DNA of 64,000 nucleotides, taken from positions 2,604,001 to 2,668,000 of the forward strand of contig JAUPSS010000002.1 in assembly GCA_040285825.1 (NCBI GenBank), read 5' to 3'. How positions within the stretch are numbered: position 1 is the stretch's first letter; each line of letters begins with the position of its first letter. The notes beneath the pieces are model-generated. The model worked only from the letters and a program-made list of their open reading frames with translations. It was not told the origin of the DNA and did not search any database. Source of the stretch: Eukaryota sp. TZLM1-RC. Taxonomy: Eukaryota > Protista > Metamonada: BaSk clade. Below are positions 34,292 through 47,300 of this stretch, one piece after another. Made by a program: the position numbers and the translations under genes.

Positions 34292-35577
34292 CTACAACTC
34301 CTGTACATTAAGATAGGTACAAAACACCATGAGCACTATTCCAATAAAAGTGATTAAATATCCCATAACCCTCTTTAAAGGATACCACCTATCACCAATA
34401 GACTTACTTTCCTTAGTAACGTAAAGGAAAAATAAACCAGGAAAAACAAAACCAATCAAAAGACCAACTGAACCTCCAGCAAGGCCAAGCACAACCTCTA
34501 TACGTTCTTCCAAGATCGCAACAGTGACACAAATTCCAACCAAAAGAGTAGCAAGGACGAACTGTCGCCTCCAAAGAGGTTTGGCATCTTCAAGAAACAT
34601 TGCTTCAAAGCTACATCTCATTGAAAAACAAACAACCGGAAAACCAAAAGCGAGAGAAAATGACAGTCCAAACCGACTTATTATAGCTAAAATGTCATTG
34701 TGGGCATAGTTCTCAATGACATCCGACAATATAGAATCAGTAAAACTGGCGTAGCCAGTCAGAGCAACAATTGAGTACATGACAAGACAAACAACAGCAG
34801 TACTGATGACAGACACTGCAAAGCGCTTAGGTGATCGTCTATCAAGCTCCTGGTATAAAACAGGAACAGAATAATGTGCAGTAAAGCTAACGGCCATCTA
34901 GAGTGAATTTAAATAAAAGTACATACAAGAGGGATTGCTAGTAATGCTTTGGGTGAGAAATTCCACCAAATAAATGGTCCTTTGGGATCTGGCATGGGGT
35001 AGGATTTGGTGGCTAGACGGTAGACCATGCTGCAGGTGAAGAATATCACGCCTACTACAGCCACCACACTAGTGTATTTCAGGGCATCTAGTTTTGGAAA
35101 CAGGGTTAGAGGATAAAGGATAAAAGCGGACAAAAGGATGAGCAATGAGTTCCTATTAGTGAGAAACGATGGAGCTGATTCAGGGAGTAGAGTCTTGGTG
35201 ATGGACGGGAGAAAATGTCCAAGAAGAACAACATAACCGATGGCAAGACTGGCAGTGTAGAGAAAGACAGAAAATTCAACGACAATTGCAGATCTGTGAC
35301 CAAAAACCTTCTTGGCAATTCCACGATAATTATAGGTACCAGTTTGCTCACAACAAATAGAAAGCATAATGAATGAGGTAACAGAGAGGAGACAAACACA
35401 GATCATCAAACAAAGTGCCAATCCAGCTCCAGCTTGATGCATGGTGTAACCTAAACAAAGAACACCAGCACCGATAACCGTGTTTGCAAGGTTAACAGAT
35501 GTAGAGAAGATAGTAGCACCTTTATGAGAACCATGCTCTGCATTAATGAGGAGTGGTTGAATTGCTACTTCCGTCAT
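34292..35577 (-). CDS. Amino acid transporter (AAAP/SLC38 family), paralog 1; intron 34898-34926
   Basis: NLANTVIGAGVL, F.AH..V motifs and multiple TM helices; a 29-nt GTATGT..CTAG intron joins the two ORFs. Confidence 0.9.
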
Positions 35578-35672
35578 TCATTCAGATTGTCAAGAGAAGC
35601 AGTTGTCCTTCAAAATAGGGAAATTCCCCTTAACAAACTCCAACTCTATTTCAACGATTGGAAAACCTAACT

Positions 35673-35760
35673 TCAACTCAAAAACTGAGGCCTTTCATTA
35701 ACACTCAATCTGACTTTAGCAATTGCAAACATTTTCAGACTTGCCAGCTTAATTCTACTG
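35673..35760 (-). pseudogene. Fanzor remnant E (last ~28 codons, subfamily of D)
   Basis: SRIKLASLKMFAIAKVRLSVNERPQFLS*; nucleotide-level match to 52600-52680. Confidence 0.8.
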
Positions 35761-38050
35761 AAAAGCCTTTTTAAGCCGCTTAGTGCTCTCCAGCTTAACA
35801 CCTATCAAGCTCTCAGACAGCTGCAGGAATCGGATTCTCCTTTTGTCTCTGTTCACGATGGACTGAAGCTCAAACTTTAGTTCTCAATGCTGGCCTTGAT
35901 CTAATGCAAGGAAATCCTACCTCAATTCCTCGAAATCAGCGCATTGCTGCTTTACTCCGATTTTGGGGTTCAGAAGTAGTAAATGTCCACAGCATCAGGA
36001 TCTGTAGAAAATTTGCCCCTACCTTCCTACTGAAAAGTAGAAAACCTCACGGTTCGTTGTGACCCTCCACCAAATTACCCACAAGGCGATGTTGTAGTAG
36101 GTTTCAAAACTACTCGTGATGAGGATCTTCGCTGGTGACGAGCTGAATCTCTTCCTCAACCGATTTAATCCCTATCCTTTCTCTAGGTTTAGCCTTGGGT
36201 ACAACGCGTCTCTGTACAGAGTTTTCTGGACGGGATGCTGGTTCACTTATACTACGAACTTTCGGAGATCCATTCTATTTCGAGGACCGTAAACCCTTAT
36301 TTTCCTGGGTTAATGCTGATGGGACTATAACGAGTTATTATCCCAGTGCACATACATTTGTAGAATAAAAAACAGACAGGTAATCGCCCCATTAGGACAA
36401 ACACGGTTTACTCATCCTTGATCATTCAGTCTCAAATGGATGATCAAGAAGATGAACCTTTGAAGACAACTACCGAAACCACTACAAAGACAGAGGAACA
36501 GCCTGTGGTAGTTCAATCTATAGAACTTACAACTCCTTGCCAGCTCCTACAAAACCCTAGGTTTTTAGCTGCAATTTCATCCAACACCTCAAGAATCTAA
36601 CAGTTTGGTCCCGGAATCAATGGCGGGTTTACAAAATGGAGACAGAGAGAGACAAAAGAGTGGTCCTTTTAAAATAACCCACGTATTCATCTGTATAGAT
36701 AACATCATCAAAGTACACCACCAACGATAATTAGTCTCACTGAGATTAATTACGAGGACATTTTCATCAGTCAACTACCTCATTTAATCTCACTGAGCCT
36801 AAATGCGAAGTGAGACTATATGCGAATCTTCATAAGTAGTCTCACTACATGAAACTTTATTACTTGAATATTTTAAACCTACTATCAAATCTATTCAACA
36901 TTCACAACATCTTCAAGAACGTCGTCATCTGCCAAAGGGTTCTTTCCATTAAAACACATTCTATGAGTAAGTAGCAGATTCAAAGAGTTCCTCTAACGTT
37001 TTTGATGTGTCCTCGCAAAAGTTCGAAGTCGTGAAGTCAGCCTTGGATAGCAAAAATGCCATTTCGTGTCTTCTAGACACCCCATTAAGATCCTTTGCAG
37101 TTCTCCTTTTCATGCTTACCGAAAATGCCTTCCAGTACTATCTCAAAGGAAGGTGTCTGATCTTATTCACAGATCATCAGAACCTTAGATGATATCCGCT
37201 CCGAACATACACGGAATAGTCAGCAGGTGGGTTCCCATCTTTTCTGAGTTTCTATTCAATATCGTTCACACTAAAGGAAAAGAGAACCATTGCGCAGACA
37301 AGCTATCCAGGACAGTACCGCCGCGAGACAATCACACCGTCAATCATCTGGTACATTCAAACGACCAAGAGTTCAAACTGGAACTGAAAGATGCTTCGTT
37401 GAAGACCGGTCACACACAGGTCAAGCATGCTTCATAAACTGCAACAAAACTACATGGTTAGTACAAAGGTTTATTCGTAGTAGTTGTCACCCCGTCTACC
37501 TCCACTGCCAACATTAAGAATTTGTGAACTTGTATGTTGGTCAAAGCCAGCTACCATCGCCTCCAGTCTTGACATTGTAGCCTCGCTTCTGATGATGCAT
37601 TTTATTCCTGGGTTGCTGCTGGTGATTTTGAAAAGCATGTTATTCAAAAGGTCCTTAGTCAGGATTGCGACTATTGCCAAGTCTAATGGCCTGGTAACCA
37701 CATCACCACTGTGCTGATTTCCACCGCTAATAACACTGCTGCCTGAAAAGCTTTTGCCAAGTCCTTATCCAATTCTCGCTCCTCGTCCTTCAATCGAAAA
37801 CGTCGTGCAAATTCCAATAATACGTTCCTCCCGTCGTTTCTAGGCCTCGACGCTCGAAAAAGAGAAAGGGAAGTGTTAACTTTGACTAGCTTCATTATTT
37901 CTATTGGTTTTAGATTAGTTTATATTATTATACTTTATTATACTTTAATCTACAATTGCGCTCTAGCGCTGAAGTCGAAGGAAACCATTTTATCTTCATA
38001 ATAAATTACATTTTCTTTCAGGATACATGGACCCTAACCCAAGGTCATCA
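35760..38050 (+). mobile_element. Decayed Ty3/gypsy element (L4), related to L2; only the 3' LTR (~37874-38050) is evident
   Basis: RNase H YLKGR..FTDHQNL..ADKLSR; chromo-like KHVIQKVLSQD..CQV*WPG; PPT GAAAAAGAGAAAGGGAAG before TGTTAA; 5' boundary uncertain. Confidence 0.7.
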
Positions 38051-38059
38051 TAAACTCTT

Positions 38060-39200
38060 CACTAATGGGACGAAATTCATGGAACCAAGATTTCCTCCAC
38101 GAAATCTTGATTTGCTCGATGTCTAGCTAAAGCTTTTCTAATTCGATTAAATAACCCAGTTATTCTACTAATAATGTCAATTTGAATTCGAAAGCGCCAG
38201 AAAAAGATATCAAATCTTTTCGTTGTTTTTTCTTGAACCATTTTGTGGAAATCATTGAAAAAGTTTCCTGCTTCTACTGATAGTCTTCCGTTTATCGATA
38301 AGCGAAAGCAATAAAAACTAGTTCAGTATTTCTACCAGCATTAGCTTCTTCGGTATATTTGTCATATTTTCTATGTTTTTCTAGGCCTTAAATTCGAGAG
38401 CATCTACAGGTTACGTTTTTTTTGAACCAAAGTGTCATTTGTGTCTTTTCATGAGACAAAGTCAACAACAGCTTCTGAGTTCTCAATCCAATCACAGAAT
38501 ATATGAGCTCTATCATCAGAACCAAAATTATTTAATTACAGTAATTCTTTCAGCAGAGGCACTTTGATACACGAGATTCTTGAAGCTTGAGCCATATTAA
38601 TAAAAGTGTCTCGAACAGCATCATGTAATGAAGAACGATAGGTCATCGGTTTAGAACAGTTCAGAGTATGACGCAAAGTGAGTTGAGGTGAATTCGAACA
38701 AATACATTTTTCTTTTGATAATAATTGATCAATGGGAATATTCAACTATAATCTCATCTTTGTTACAAACGCTTTATTGGTAGCACACAGTCCAAATCTT
38801 CGTGGCACAATGGTCATAAACAGTGAAGAATCTGATGACTGATTTTCACAAACACCACTTTTCAATAACAATAGGTGGAGATCTTGGTTTAAAACAGCCA
38901 ATTTGCATACATTTTTTTAAAAAATCATTTCATACATTCCAGTCAATCGCTTCTGTAATATTCGAAGAGTGTATTTTACATTTAAGCAAATCTTGTCTGG
39001 AATATTGCCATTGAATGATTGGGGAAAGCATCGACTCCATTTTTCTTCATGGATTTTTGATATATCTTCATTTAATGCAAAATTAGTTGAATTATGTGTT
39101 GTCATTAATAGATCATCCCCAATCTGCAAGTCTTTCAGTGAACTCAAAAAATGCATTTCTACATCCACCGATAAAAGCTCAAGAAGTAAGAATTTAGGCC
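38060..39200 (-). mobile_element. RLE non-LTR family 2 fragment
   Basis: CICSNSPQLTLRHTLNC..LHDAVRD; homologous to 25370-27340. Confidence 0.8.
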
Positions 39201-39279
39201 TTAGTCCAACTTAAACCGGCATAATGTGGACTAAGAAGAGCATGCATGTTAAATTAACAAATTAAAAAAAATTATACTC

Positions 39280-39570
39280 TTCTTTTGTCTTCATTCCGTT
39301 TGCAATTTCGATTTTTGGAAGTATTGGTAAGATAGGTCAAAAGCTTCTTGATTCTTTTGCCAAGTTATGTCTTGAACGTAACAGATTATTTAACATTTCC
39401 ATTTGGCGTAATAGAATCATCTTTGCTTTATTTCGAAGCTTTCTTAAATACTTGTCTCAGATATTCAAAAAGTTATATAGAAGTGTAAGGGTAGATGTGG
39501 AGAATTTTTCTTTTTATGAGTTCTAGCTCTTAGCCGTATGTTGTCACCCTATAATAATAATAATAATAAA
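39280..39570 (+). mobile_element. Short 3' fragment of an RLE non-LTR element with (TAA)n tail
   Basis: FVFIPFAISIFGSIG..WRNRIIFALF, homologous to the 63001-63672 C-terminus. Confidence 0.6.
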
Positions 39571-39580
39571 TAAAATTAAA

Positions 39581-40722
39581 GGGAAAAGTACACATCTACC
39601 CATTTTTGCAAAAAGTGGAACACGTCTACCCACCACAATAAAGTGAACACATCTACCCACTTTTTTACTGATAGGACTTCTTTGCAGATTGGACATGCCA
39701 ACAACCTCTTCCGTTGTTGCTGAATCAACTATAACTCTCAAACATAACGACACCGATTATCTCTTGAAAATCGGTTCCCTGGCTTCGGTGGAAATCATAA
39801 AGGAACTGATTCGGCTAGATTGTGTCCAGAGCAGTGCCTATTGTGTCTACAAAAAGTCTGAACATACAAGAATTTATGCTCGTTGCAAAAATAAAAGATG
39901 TACGTTTGAATGCTATGCTACACGACCATAATCCGCTGTTACAACAACTCCTTATGAGGTTAAGCGGTATAAAGCTCATTCCTGTGATGGTAATCTAACT
40001 TCTTCCTACAAGATTCTTCCTCCTTCCACAGATTACCTTGCCTCTTTGACATCCATTCGTACAAAAATCCAAAAGGATCCTGCCATCAGCTCCAAGCATT
40101 TGAAAGTGGATTTAAACACAGCGGCTGGATTTATACTTCCCAATCACACTGTTAAGCGGGCACGGCACATGATTAAAACCAGTCTTTATGGAACTGAAGA
40201 ATCAAGCTACAAAAAACTTGACCACTATTTGGAACTTTTAAGTCAAAGAAACCTCGAAAGTGTTATTGATCTTGAAAAGGATACAACTGACACCTTTAGA
40301 CGACTGTTCATAGCGCTGCAAGGTACAATCAAGGGATTTGCATTTTGTCGTTCAATGGTTCTTCTGGATGGGACGCACTTGAAAACCAAACATAAAGAAG
40401 TGTTGTTGACATCCACGTCCATTGATGCAGAGGGCCATTTGTTTCCACTGGCCTTTGCAGTAGTGTCGACCGAAAACAAAGACAACTGGACCTTAGGGAG
40501 GTTTATCGTATGCTTAAAATGTCCATAAACGGTTTATTTGATGTTTGAGATGAGTTTGGTGAACGTACCAAGTAATTAAGAAACACAAACATGATTACAT
40601 CATCAAACAAATCGGGATGGATAAGTTTCCTTAAAACAATTGGGTACAGAAGTACCAAAAAATTCAGCAGTGGGTAGGTGTGTTTCACTTTTCAAAAAGG
40701 TGGGTAGGTGTGTCCCTGACCC
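39581..40722 (+). mobile_element. MULE/MuDR DNA transposon, internally deleted
   Basis: GGG..CCC ends; imperfect TIRs with ACACA(T/C)CTACCCA repeats; 9-bp TSD AAAATTAAA; transposase motif LDGTHLK..LL...ID....FPLAFAVV..E..DNW. Confidence 0.9.
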
Positions 40723-40795
40723 AAAATTAAAAAATGTAAAATATTGAGTTAAAATTGTCATTTCGGGAGTTCCTCTGACTTTCCTTAATATCACG

Positions 40796-42227
40796 ATGAG
40801 TCACTTCATTCTTGTCGGATTATTGCTCCTTCTCGCAGTCTCTGCAGTGGATGTGTCTGTGATGCTTCCTTTGGATCTTGTCAACAACCGTGGAGAACTA
40901 GCTTATCCCGAAACTGAAATCTTGGACTGGTTTTATAAGCTTACTAATGCATCCATCACAAATGTTATGTCTGATGTTTGGTGGGGATTAACTGAACCTC
41001 AACCAAGACAATACAACTTCAATCCTTATATCAACTTGCTTCAAATAGCACAGAAAGCTGGTGTCAAAGTACAGTTTGTGACTTCATTCCATAGATGTGG
41101 TGGCAACGTAGGTGATACATGTATGTTGTCCAGTTTGTGACCTTAGGCGACATACCTTTGCCACAATGGGTTCTTGATACTGGTAAACAAAATCCTGACA
41201 TATGGTATACCGATCAACATGGTCATAGAGATGAAGAGTACATTTCCCTTGGTGTTGATAATGAAAAGATCTTTGGTGCCCCTGCACGTTCGCCAGTGGA
41301 AATCTATGCTGATTGGGTGGAAGCATTGGTCAAAAGAACTCGCCCCTTCCTCTGGACTACACTTACAGAATTCCAATTAGGTGTTGTATGTTGTTCCCAT
41401 AATTGTTCTCATCTCATGGACCCTGTGGAGAACTCAGATATCCTTCGTATCAATTGGATCGCTGGCAGTTCTGTGGTGTTGGCGAGTTCCAGTGCTATGA
41501 TAAATACATGTTGGAGAGACTAGCGCGAGCAGCTGACGTTAAAGGAATGGACTGGAAACGTCCTCCTAGTGATGTATGTCTTCTGTCTTTAATTCAATAA
41601 CTTTAGGCAGGTGATTACAATTCTCGCCCTGATCAAACCAACTTCTTCCGTGCTAATGGAGGTTATTCCACTGATTATGGTCAATTCTTCCTTGACTGGT
41701 ATTCTGGTGAGCTTATGAATCATTTTGATACAGTAGTAGGAGCAGTCAGAGCACGACTCGGAAGCTTGGGCCTCGCAAAGTTTCCCCTTGGTGTCAAAAT
41801 TGCTGGAATTCATTGGCATTACAAACACAATTCACATGCAGCTGAACTCACTGCAGGTTACTACAACACTAATGGTTATAATGGTTATGCTCGTTTACTT
41901 CCTCTTTTCAGGAAGCATGGAATCACCTTTGATTTTACTTGTTTGGAAATGAGAGATCACCAACAAGATCCTGGCTGTGACGCTTCTCCGTGGAATCTCG
42001 TTGGACAAACCATTAGAGCCGCTACCCTTAAGCAAGTCAAATACTCGGGAGAGAATGCAATTGCAGGGTTTAGTCAAGAAGCATTTGATACGATGATCGA
42101 AAATGCTAAACGTTACGGAGAGGGGTCTATCCATACTTTGACTTTCCTTCGTTTGGGTCCTGAAATGTTCTTTAGTGATAATTATAATAGAATGAAGAAT
42201 TTCGCTATCACTATGAAGTACTTGTAG
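40796..42227 (+). CDS. Secreted beta-amylase (GH14); introns 41121-41146, 41386-41417 (GT-AT) and 41574-41606
   Basis: Signal peptide; [47 protein letters not shown] and GENA motifs. Confidence 0.92.
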
Positions 42228-42984
42228 ATTGTTTTAGTTGTTTGCATTTATTATTTTGTAAAATTTGTTTGTAATTGCTTATACTATGTGCTGTTACAGA
42301 TTTCATTTTTGCCATAGAGTTGTAGGGTAATTTGACGGCATTGTTGACAATCATTTTGTCATCACTGTCATGTTGTGTACACAGGGTGTTTCACAAAGTA
42401 AAAGAAGATTTACTATCAAAAGTTGATAGGTTACATATTAACAATTACTAATAAAAGTTCTGCAATATACATTGGTGAACATTTCTAACTCTCATCCTCC
42501 TCGAAGAACAAATTTCCTCACGAACCCAGTCCTAATCTGGATGCTGTTACGGTTAGGTCAATGATGTTGTTGTTGGTTTCTATTATAGTGGCCACACAAG
42601 GGCTTATAATTAAAATATAGAAAAACTATACTTGAACCACTGCAACATCATGTTACAAGATTTAATATTACTTCGTGAGTTTGGTGCGAGTAAAAAAGGT
42701 TATTATTTTTTAGAAAAGTAATGATGTATAGCTAAAGTTTATAGTTTATAGTGTTACAAGAAGTCCTGCAAAACAAACATTCCCATAGTTCCTGAATTTC
42801 GAGTGGTGGACGTTCCTGGTGTGCTCAAAGTGACTGAACGGCCACGCACGTAGATGATGTTCATCCAAACTCAGACATTGATGATCATTTCAACTTAATG
42901 ACGATGGATGCCCGATGGAAAGTATAGGGAAAGGCGGTAACCGCCAAACAGATTGAAGAAATTCAATCTTTTTTGATCGTGACT

Positions 42985-44264
42985 ATGTCAGAGGCAGCTA
43001 TTAAACCGCTCCTAGTCAATGTAGACCCTCGTGAAGGTGCTTCTGTCTTCTCGACATCTGTTAACCTTGCGAATTCAGTTATTGGTGCAGGCGTTCTTTG
43101 TTTAGGTTATACCATGCATCAAGCTGGAGCTGGATTGGCTTTCTGCCTGATGATTTGCGTTTGTCTTCTTGCTGTTGTTTCGTTCATTATGCTTTCTGTC
43201 TGTTGTGAGCAAACAGGTACCTTCAGTTATCGTGGAATTGCCAAGAAGGTTTTTGGTCACAGATCCGCCATTGTGGTTGAATTTTCTGTCTTCCTCTACA
43301 CTGCAAGTCTTGCCATCGGATATGTTGTTCTTCTTGGTCATTTTCTCCCGTCCATCACCAAGACTCTACTTCCTGCGTCAGCTCCATCCATCCTAACAAA
43401 TAGAAACATCTTGGTAATCATCATGGCTGTTGTTATCCTTTATCCACTCACCTTGCTTCCCAAGTTGGATGCCCTGAAATACACAAGTGCTATGGCGATT
43501 GCATGTGTTCTTTTTTTCACCTGTTGCATGGTCTACCGTCTTGCCACCAAATCCTACCCCATGCCAGATCCCAAAGGACCATTTATTTGGTGGAATTTCT
43601 CACCCAAAGCATTACTAGCAATCCCTCTTGTATGTACTTTTATTCAAATTTACTGTAGATTGCTGTTAGCTTTACTGCACATTATTCTGTTCCTGTTTTA
43701 TACCAGGAGCTTGATAAACGATCACCTAAGCGCTTTGCAGTGTCTGTCATTGCTACCTCTAGTATTTGTTTGGTTTTATACTCAATTGTTGCTTTTACCG
43801 GCTATTTCAGTTTTACTGATTCTATATTATCGGATGTCATTGAGAACTATGCCCACAATGACATTTTAGCTATAATAAGTCGGTTTGGACTGTCAATTAC
43901 TCTCGCTTTCTCATTTCCGATTGTTTGTTTTTCAATGAGATGTAGCTTTGAAGCATTGTTTCTTGAAGACCCCAAACCTCTTTGGAGGCGACAGTTCGTC
44001 CTTGCTACTCTTTTGGTTGGAATTTGTGTCACTGTTGCGATCTTGGAAGAACGTATAGAGGTTGTGCTTGGCCTTGCTGGAGGTTCAGTTGGTCTTTTGA
44101 TTGGTTTTGTTTTTCCTGGTTTATTTTTCCTTTACGTTACTAAGGAAAGTAAGTCTATTGGTGATAGGTGGTATCCTTTAAAGAGGGTTATGGGATATTT
44201 AATCACTTTTATTGGAATAGTGCTCATGGTGTTTTGTACCTATCTTAATGTACAGGAGTTGTAG
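42985..44264 (+). CDS. Amino acid transporter (AAAP/SLC38 family), paralog 2; intron 43630-43658
   Basis: Inverted paralog of 34292-35577 with the same 29-nt intron position. Confidence 0.9.
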
Positions 44265-44339
44265 TAGTAGTTGATGTTTATCGTATTATAAAGTTTATTG
44301 TTTCTTTTTAAATAATTTCCCGAAAGCCAACATTTAATA

Positions 44340-47300
44340 AAACATTGCGCCTGTGCTTATTTACTTCGATTGCAGAGTGAAACTGAATGCTTCTCACTTC
44401 AAATCTGTTCCAAATGCTCTCATGCTCATATTCAAGACATTCCTACCAGAAGTCTGGTTTGCCTAAAATTTGCATACACCAAATTGCAGAAAAAATTATT
44501 AAAAGTTTTTGAAAATTTGGATTCTACTGTTCATCTTAGCTTGGCTAAAAAATCCTGTTTTTGCCAACTTTTGAATTGATCTTAAGGAAAGTAGCTCAAG
44601 TTCATTTCCCAAACTCCCAATGTTTATGGTCTAATGTTGAATGACTTTCAATGGGCAACAGAGCTAACAATGAACTGTTCTCTGTGTTTTGAAATGTAAA
44701 TTTAATATAACACATTGATGTTGTAAGGTTAGGAGGTCCACTTGATCATTGACGGTTTGTTTCTGGTTAATTTGTTGATTGGTTCTACCAAATCAGACAA
44801 ATTAGGTAACCATTCACATATATAGTTAATTGAACTTATAACACTCCTAACTTCAGGTAATGTCCTTTTTTTGGGTAGGTTAATTAAACCTCAATCCTTG
44901 ACTCATCAATATAACGGGTTCTATTTAAATAAAACTACCTAGAATTTTTGCTTGCTGATTACAAATGATAAAGCTGCACTTTGGAGGCCCAGGTTAATTC
45001 TAAAACGTTTGGCGCGTTCTAGGGCCGTACCCACTCTGGACAGAAGCTGGAAGTTACTATTATAATATCATCGATATATATATAAATACACCTTCGGAAT
45101 CAAATATTTCCATCATCATGTTTTAGAAGACTGCAAGAACGTTTTTCAAACCAAAACAAGCCCTTTTAGCGCTGATTGCCATCCCAGGAATTGATACGGT
45201 AGTTGGAGCAATATCCTCTTTGGATATTTTGGGTTGCCAAAATGTTTTGAGTAAATCTAAAGGTGCTGCATAATTGGCTTTACTTCGAAACTCTAAAATG
45301 TCGCTAATCCTGAGCAAATTTGCCTCCACAGATTTAGTGAAATCTATTACTCCACTTATACCACAAAAAACGCCAGTTAATTCTGGTTTCCTGTGATCAG
45401 GGTAAATCACAAGACTGACAAGATGAATGAATTGAGACTTTTCGGCCACAGCAAATCCATTACGGACCAATTCGTTAAAAATTTCCTCGGCTACCCGCTG
45501 TTGTTCTGGGTTTAATCATCGAGGTTTCCTTTGAACGACCTTGCTTTCGTCATAAAATGAAATGGTGTTCGGCTGACAATCAATTTTATCTGGATGAGGT
45601 AGCCCACTAAATACATCTCAGTATTTTTCGAGTGGCACGACTAAGCGTTATTCCTCGTCCAGGCATATTCTACAAATCAACTCATCTAAATAATGTCTGA
45701 ATGTGAAATGCCAAAAATCATCACCCAAGTCTGATTTATTACTGAATTGTTTTATGAATCAAAGTGGTTGACAAATTCTATTATCAAACTCACATTCAGC
45801 ATTTAAAATGGCGCGATGTTCGCGATCCAAACTAATGCTAAAACCGTGCTCCGTGGGTAGCCCCAAGGTTTATAATAAGTCTCTTCCGATCAGAAAATTG
45901 TTGGTACCAGGAATGACCTAAATTTCGATTCTCAAATACACTTGAGGGGCCGTGCTATTCACATTTAGAGTAAAACTCCACTTGCACATCCTAGAGTCGT
46001 GGAGCGAATACATTTGCCAATGTGTGTTCGACGTTTTTATTGTCATTAACCGTCATATTACACTTTAAAGCTAACGCAATTGATAATGCAGCTCCATTAT
46101 CGATTTCGTCCCTGCACTTCCACGTTTTTCTAGTACAAGTTAACCAGAGTTTCCCGTTAGAACTTGCTTGGTTACTTGCCACCCTGAACAGTCTTACGCT
46201 GCGGATAAAACCCCCAGGATTGAACGACTTTCTGAATCTTTTTGATGGATTCAGGTGTTCACAAACTAAATCAGTTTTGCTCATTTAATGTATGGTACTG
46301 ATTGTGTTTGATGTAAGTTTGTTGTTATTTAAAGATGTGTACTCATCTGATTTATTTCCACTACTTCCTGTCGCGTTTATCACCTCCCTGACGCTTTTTT
46401 CAGCCAGGTCTCTCCACTATTTTGAAGCATTTTTCTTCAGGATGTATGTTGGTTTTGCATAAGCAACACCATTGCTCTGAAGGCTTAGGTCGACCACTTC
46501 TAGAATTCTCTCTGAAGCTTATGAAAGGACCTTTTGACTGGCTTCGTCCTTTTTGCGCAGGGGCGTGCATGCCAAAAGCTGTTCTAATCAAATTGATGTC
46601 TTTGATTGAGGATTCAAGGCCAATGGCCTTTTCTACAAATGCGTTTTTCAATTCGAAAATAGCATTACCCATTTTTCATCACTCGTATTAAATTTATCAA
46701 TCCAAATGATATATGTATCCATCAATTAGCTGTTAGCTTTGTCGTTAATGGTCTCAAGAAATTTCTTGGCTGGGGAGACGACTGACGTAGTGCCATCCGT
46801 TTCGGGCATTATAGTAGAGCATTTAATTATATAAATAATCTGCTCTATAAAGCCGTCCACGAAGATTCTGCGCTCATCTCGCGGCTGATTTTGGGTGGTC
46901 ATACACACCTCAAGGCTTTTTTAACATCGGTTGGGTATTTATATTGGGTGATAATAAAAAAATATTCCCAAACTTCGGTATCAAAAGGGTTGTTGGCTAA
47001 CACATTTGTTCGGCCTCAATAAAAATTTGCCATTTTAAAATTACCGTACCCTTGATCAGAAATCTCAGACATTATGGGTTCACTTCGTAAAACATCGATC
47101 TAATGAATTCATATTGATGAACTGGTGAACCATATTTGGTGATTGGTGTGAATGCTCTGGTAGGTCCATGGCGATTCCTAACCGTTTTTTCCCAGTCACC
47201 AAAGTTAAGTACGAAATCGAGGATTTCTTTTGCATCAAACGCTTCGTTTAACTTAACAAGACATCTAAGTGTGTCGTTGATTCTTTAACTCAATTTTTCC

